DNA of 7,660 nucleotides from a virus (Duplodnaviria; Heunggongvirae; Uroviricota; Caudoviricetes): IMG/VR virus record IMGVR_UViG_2778261541_000007; one strand, 5' to 3'. Shown piece by piece: positions 6,818 to 7,660 of this stretch (position 1 is its first letter; each line of letters starts with the position of its first letter). The notes under the pieces were generated by a model. It saw only the letters and a program-made list of their open reading frames with translations, ran no database searches and was not told where the DNA came from. The position numbers and the translations under genes were made by a program.

Positions 6818-6847
6818 AGCCAGCCTCCCCAAAGGCTGGTTTTTTTC
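6818..6847 (+). terminator. Intrinsic terminator, tR'-like (ccagcc / ggctgg stem, then a run of seven T)
   Basis: Read directly: stem 6820-6825 / 6834-6839, loop tccccaaa, T-run 6840-6846. It lies ~100 nt after Q, as expected for tR'. It is also 3' of the convergent lipocalin gene, so it may act on both strands. Confidence 0.6.
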
Positions 6848-6874
6848 TAATAAGTATTATTTCGGGTAGGGATT

Positions 6875-7399
6875 TTATTGTTTAACCCATAATAATTCAT
6901 TGACATTGAATCCCAACTTTTGAGCGGTTCGCACATAGTCTGCTTTTACTTTATCTGGAATAGTTGGGGTCCTTGCCAGAATCCATAGGTATTCTCTGTT
7001 CGGACCACTGACAAGAGCATACTTATACTCATCATCCAGTTTGATTACATTATAGCCACCATAGAAGGGGCCAAAAAACGAAACCTTCAACGCTGCAGTT
7101 TTAGTATCTCCAGTAAAGTATGCTTTACCTTCGCTCTCGCTCCATTTATTTTTCGTTGGATCGTATCCACGGTTAAGTACACGAATCCCTCCGTCGTTCC
7201 GTTTTCCATAAGTAGCGCTGACCTGTTCCAGACCACGTTCGAACCGGTTCTCGAGGCGAGCTATTTCATACCATTTTCCGAGGTAGCGGTTGGCGTCAAA
7301 ATTTGTAATCGGCTGCACACCTTTAGGTGGTGTCGGGGCCTTACATGCTATAAGAGTGAAAGAGAGTGCAATGCCAGTCAACACAGGCCATAACTTCAT
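6875..7399 (-). CDS. Blc-like bacterial lipocalin, outer-membrane lipoprotein, 174 aa
   Basis: Signal peptide with lipobox LIAC (Cys19). Core NFDANRYLGKWYEIARLENRFERGLEQVSATY...EGKAYFTG...AALKVSFFGPFYGGYNVI...YLWILARTPT resembles E. coli Blc (roughly 60% identity by eye against my recalled sequence). SD aggat upstream on the minus strand. Confidence 0.85.
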   Translation of the reverse strand: MKLWPVLTGIALSFTLIACKAPTPPKGVQPITNFDANRYLGKWYEIARLENRFERGLEQVSATYGKRNDGGIRVLNRGYDPTKNKWSESEGKAYFTGDTKTAALKVSFFGPFYGGYNVIKLDDEYKYALVSGPNREYLWILARTPTIPDKVKADYVRTAQKLGFNVNELLWVKQ

Positions 7400-7431
7400 A
7401 ATAAATCCTGTACTTTTGATAGTTGAAAGTA

Positions 7432-7481
7432 AGTATGAAAGATAGATGATTACGACCGATCACTTAAAGAACTTTCATACT
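7432..7481. repeat. Perfect 10-bp inverted repeat (agtatgaaag ... ctttcatact) with 30-bp spacer, upstream of the lipocalin gene
   Basis: Read directly: arms at 7432-7441 and 7472-7481. It lies 33-82 nt upstream of the lipocalin start on the minus strand, so it could be an operator or 5'-UTR structure. Confidence 0.35.
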
Positions 7482-7660
7482 ATATTAGGAATAGTCCATA
7501 ACAGAAAAATTGTCAGTGATGACGCCAGAAAGGCAATTTATTCCGTGCACTACACAGTTTATGTGTTAATGAATTAGTCAAGGGGGAGAATATGATAAAA
7601 AAACCGGTGATGCTGCCAACTTACTGATTTAGTGTATGATGGTGTTTTTGAGGTGCTCCA

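Larger units (their letters stand above)
1..7660. mobile_element. Internal segment of a DLP12-like defective lambdoid prophage (replication remnant, cargo block, nin region, Q, downstream cargo gene)
   Basis: Gene content and order P-fragment/ren/emrE/ybcK/ybcL/ybcM/ylcH/ybcN/ninE/ybcO/rusA/ylcG/Q match my recollection of E. coli K-12 DLP12. Lengths match K-12 proteins (emrE 110 aa, ybcK 508, ybcL 183, ybcM 265, ybcN 151, ninE 56, ybcO 96, rusA 120, ylcG 46). Prophage ends are not in the window. Confidence 0.8.

Noticed and set aside
1-7660. IS elements, CRISPR arrays, tRNA or rRNA genes
   Set aside because: No transposase-like ORF, terminal inverted repeats with target duplications, regularly spaced direct repeats or tRNA-like structure was seen. 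The IS3 and IS5 copies that interrupt this region in K-12 are absent here.

Overview
The whole window reads as an internal segment of a DLP12-type defective lambdoid prophage from an E. coli/Shigella-like enterobacterium. Gene names below come from my recollection of the E. coli K-12 DLP12 gene order and of lambda proteins; no database search was run. Left to right on the + strand: a start-less C-terminal fragment of replication protein P, ren, then a visibly AT-rich cargo block (emrE efflux pump, ybcK large serine recombinase, ybcL secreted PEBP-family protein, ybcM AraC-family regulator), then the higher-GC nin-region chain ylcH-ybcN-ninE-ybcO-rusA-ylcG with overlapping stop/start codons, then the late antiterminator Q (quuD). 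Downstream of Q is a short region that should hold the late promoter and a clear intrinsic terminator, followed by a minus-strand Blc-like lipocalin lipoprotein gene where K-12 carries IS5 and nmpC. I saw no rRNA, tRNA, CRISPR array or IS element. The parts most worth follow-up are the orphan serine recombinase with its long AT-rich flanks, the ybcL-ybcM pair, and the lipocalin cargo gene sitting antisense to the late operon. I cannot demonstrate a new system from sequence alone.
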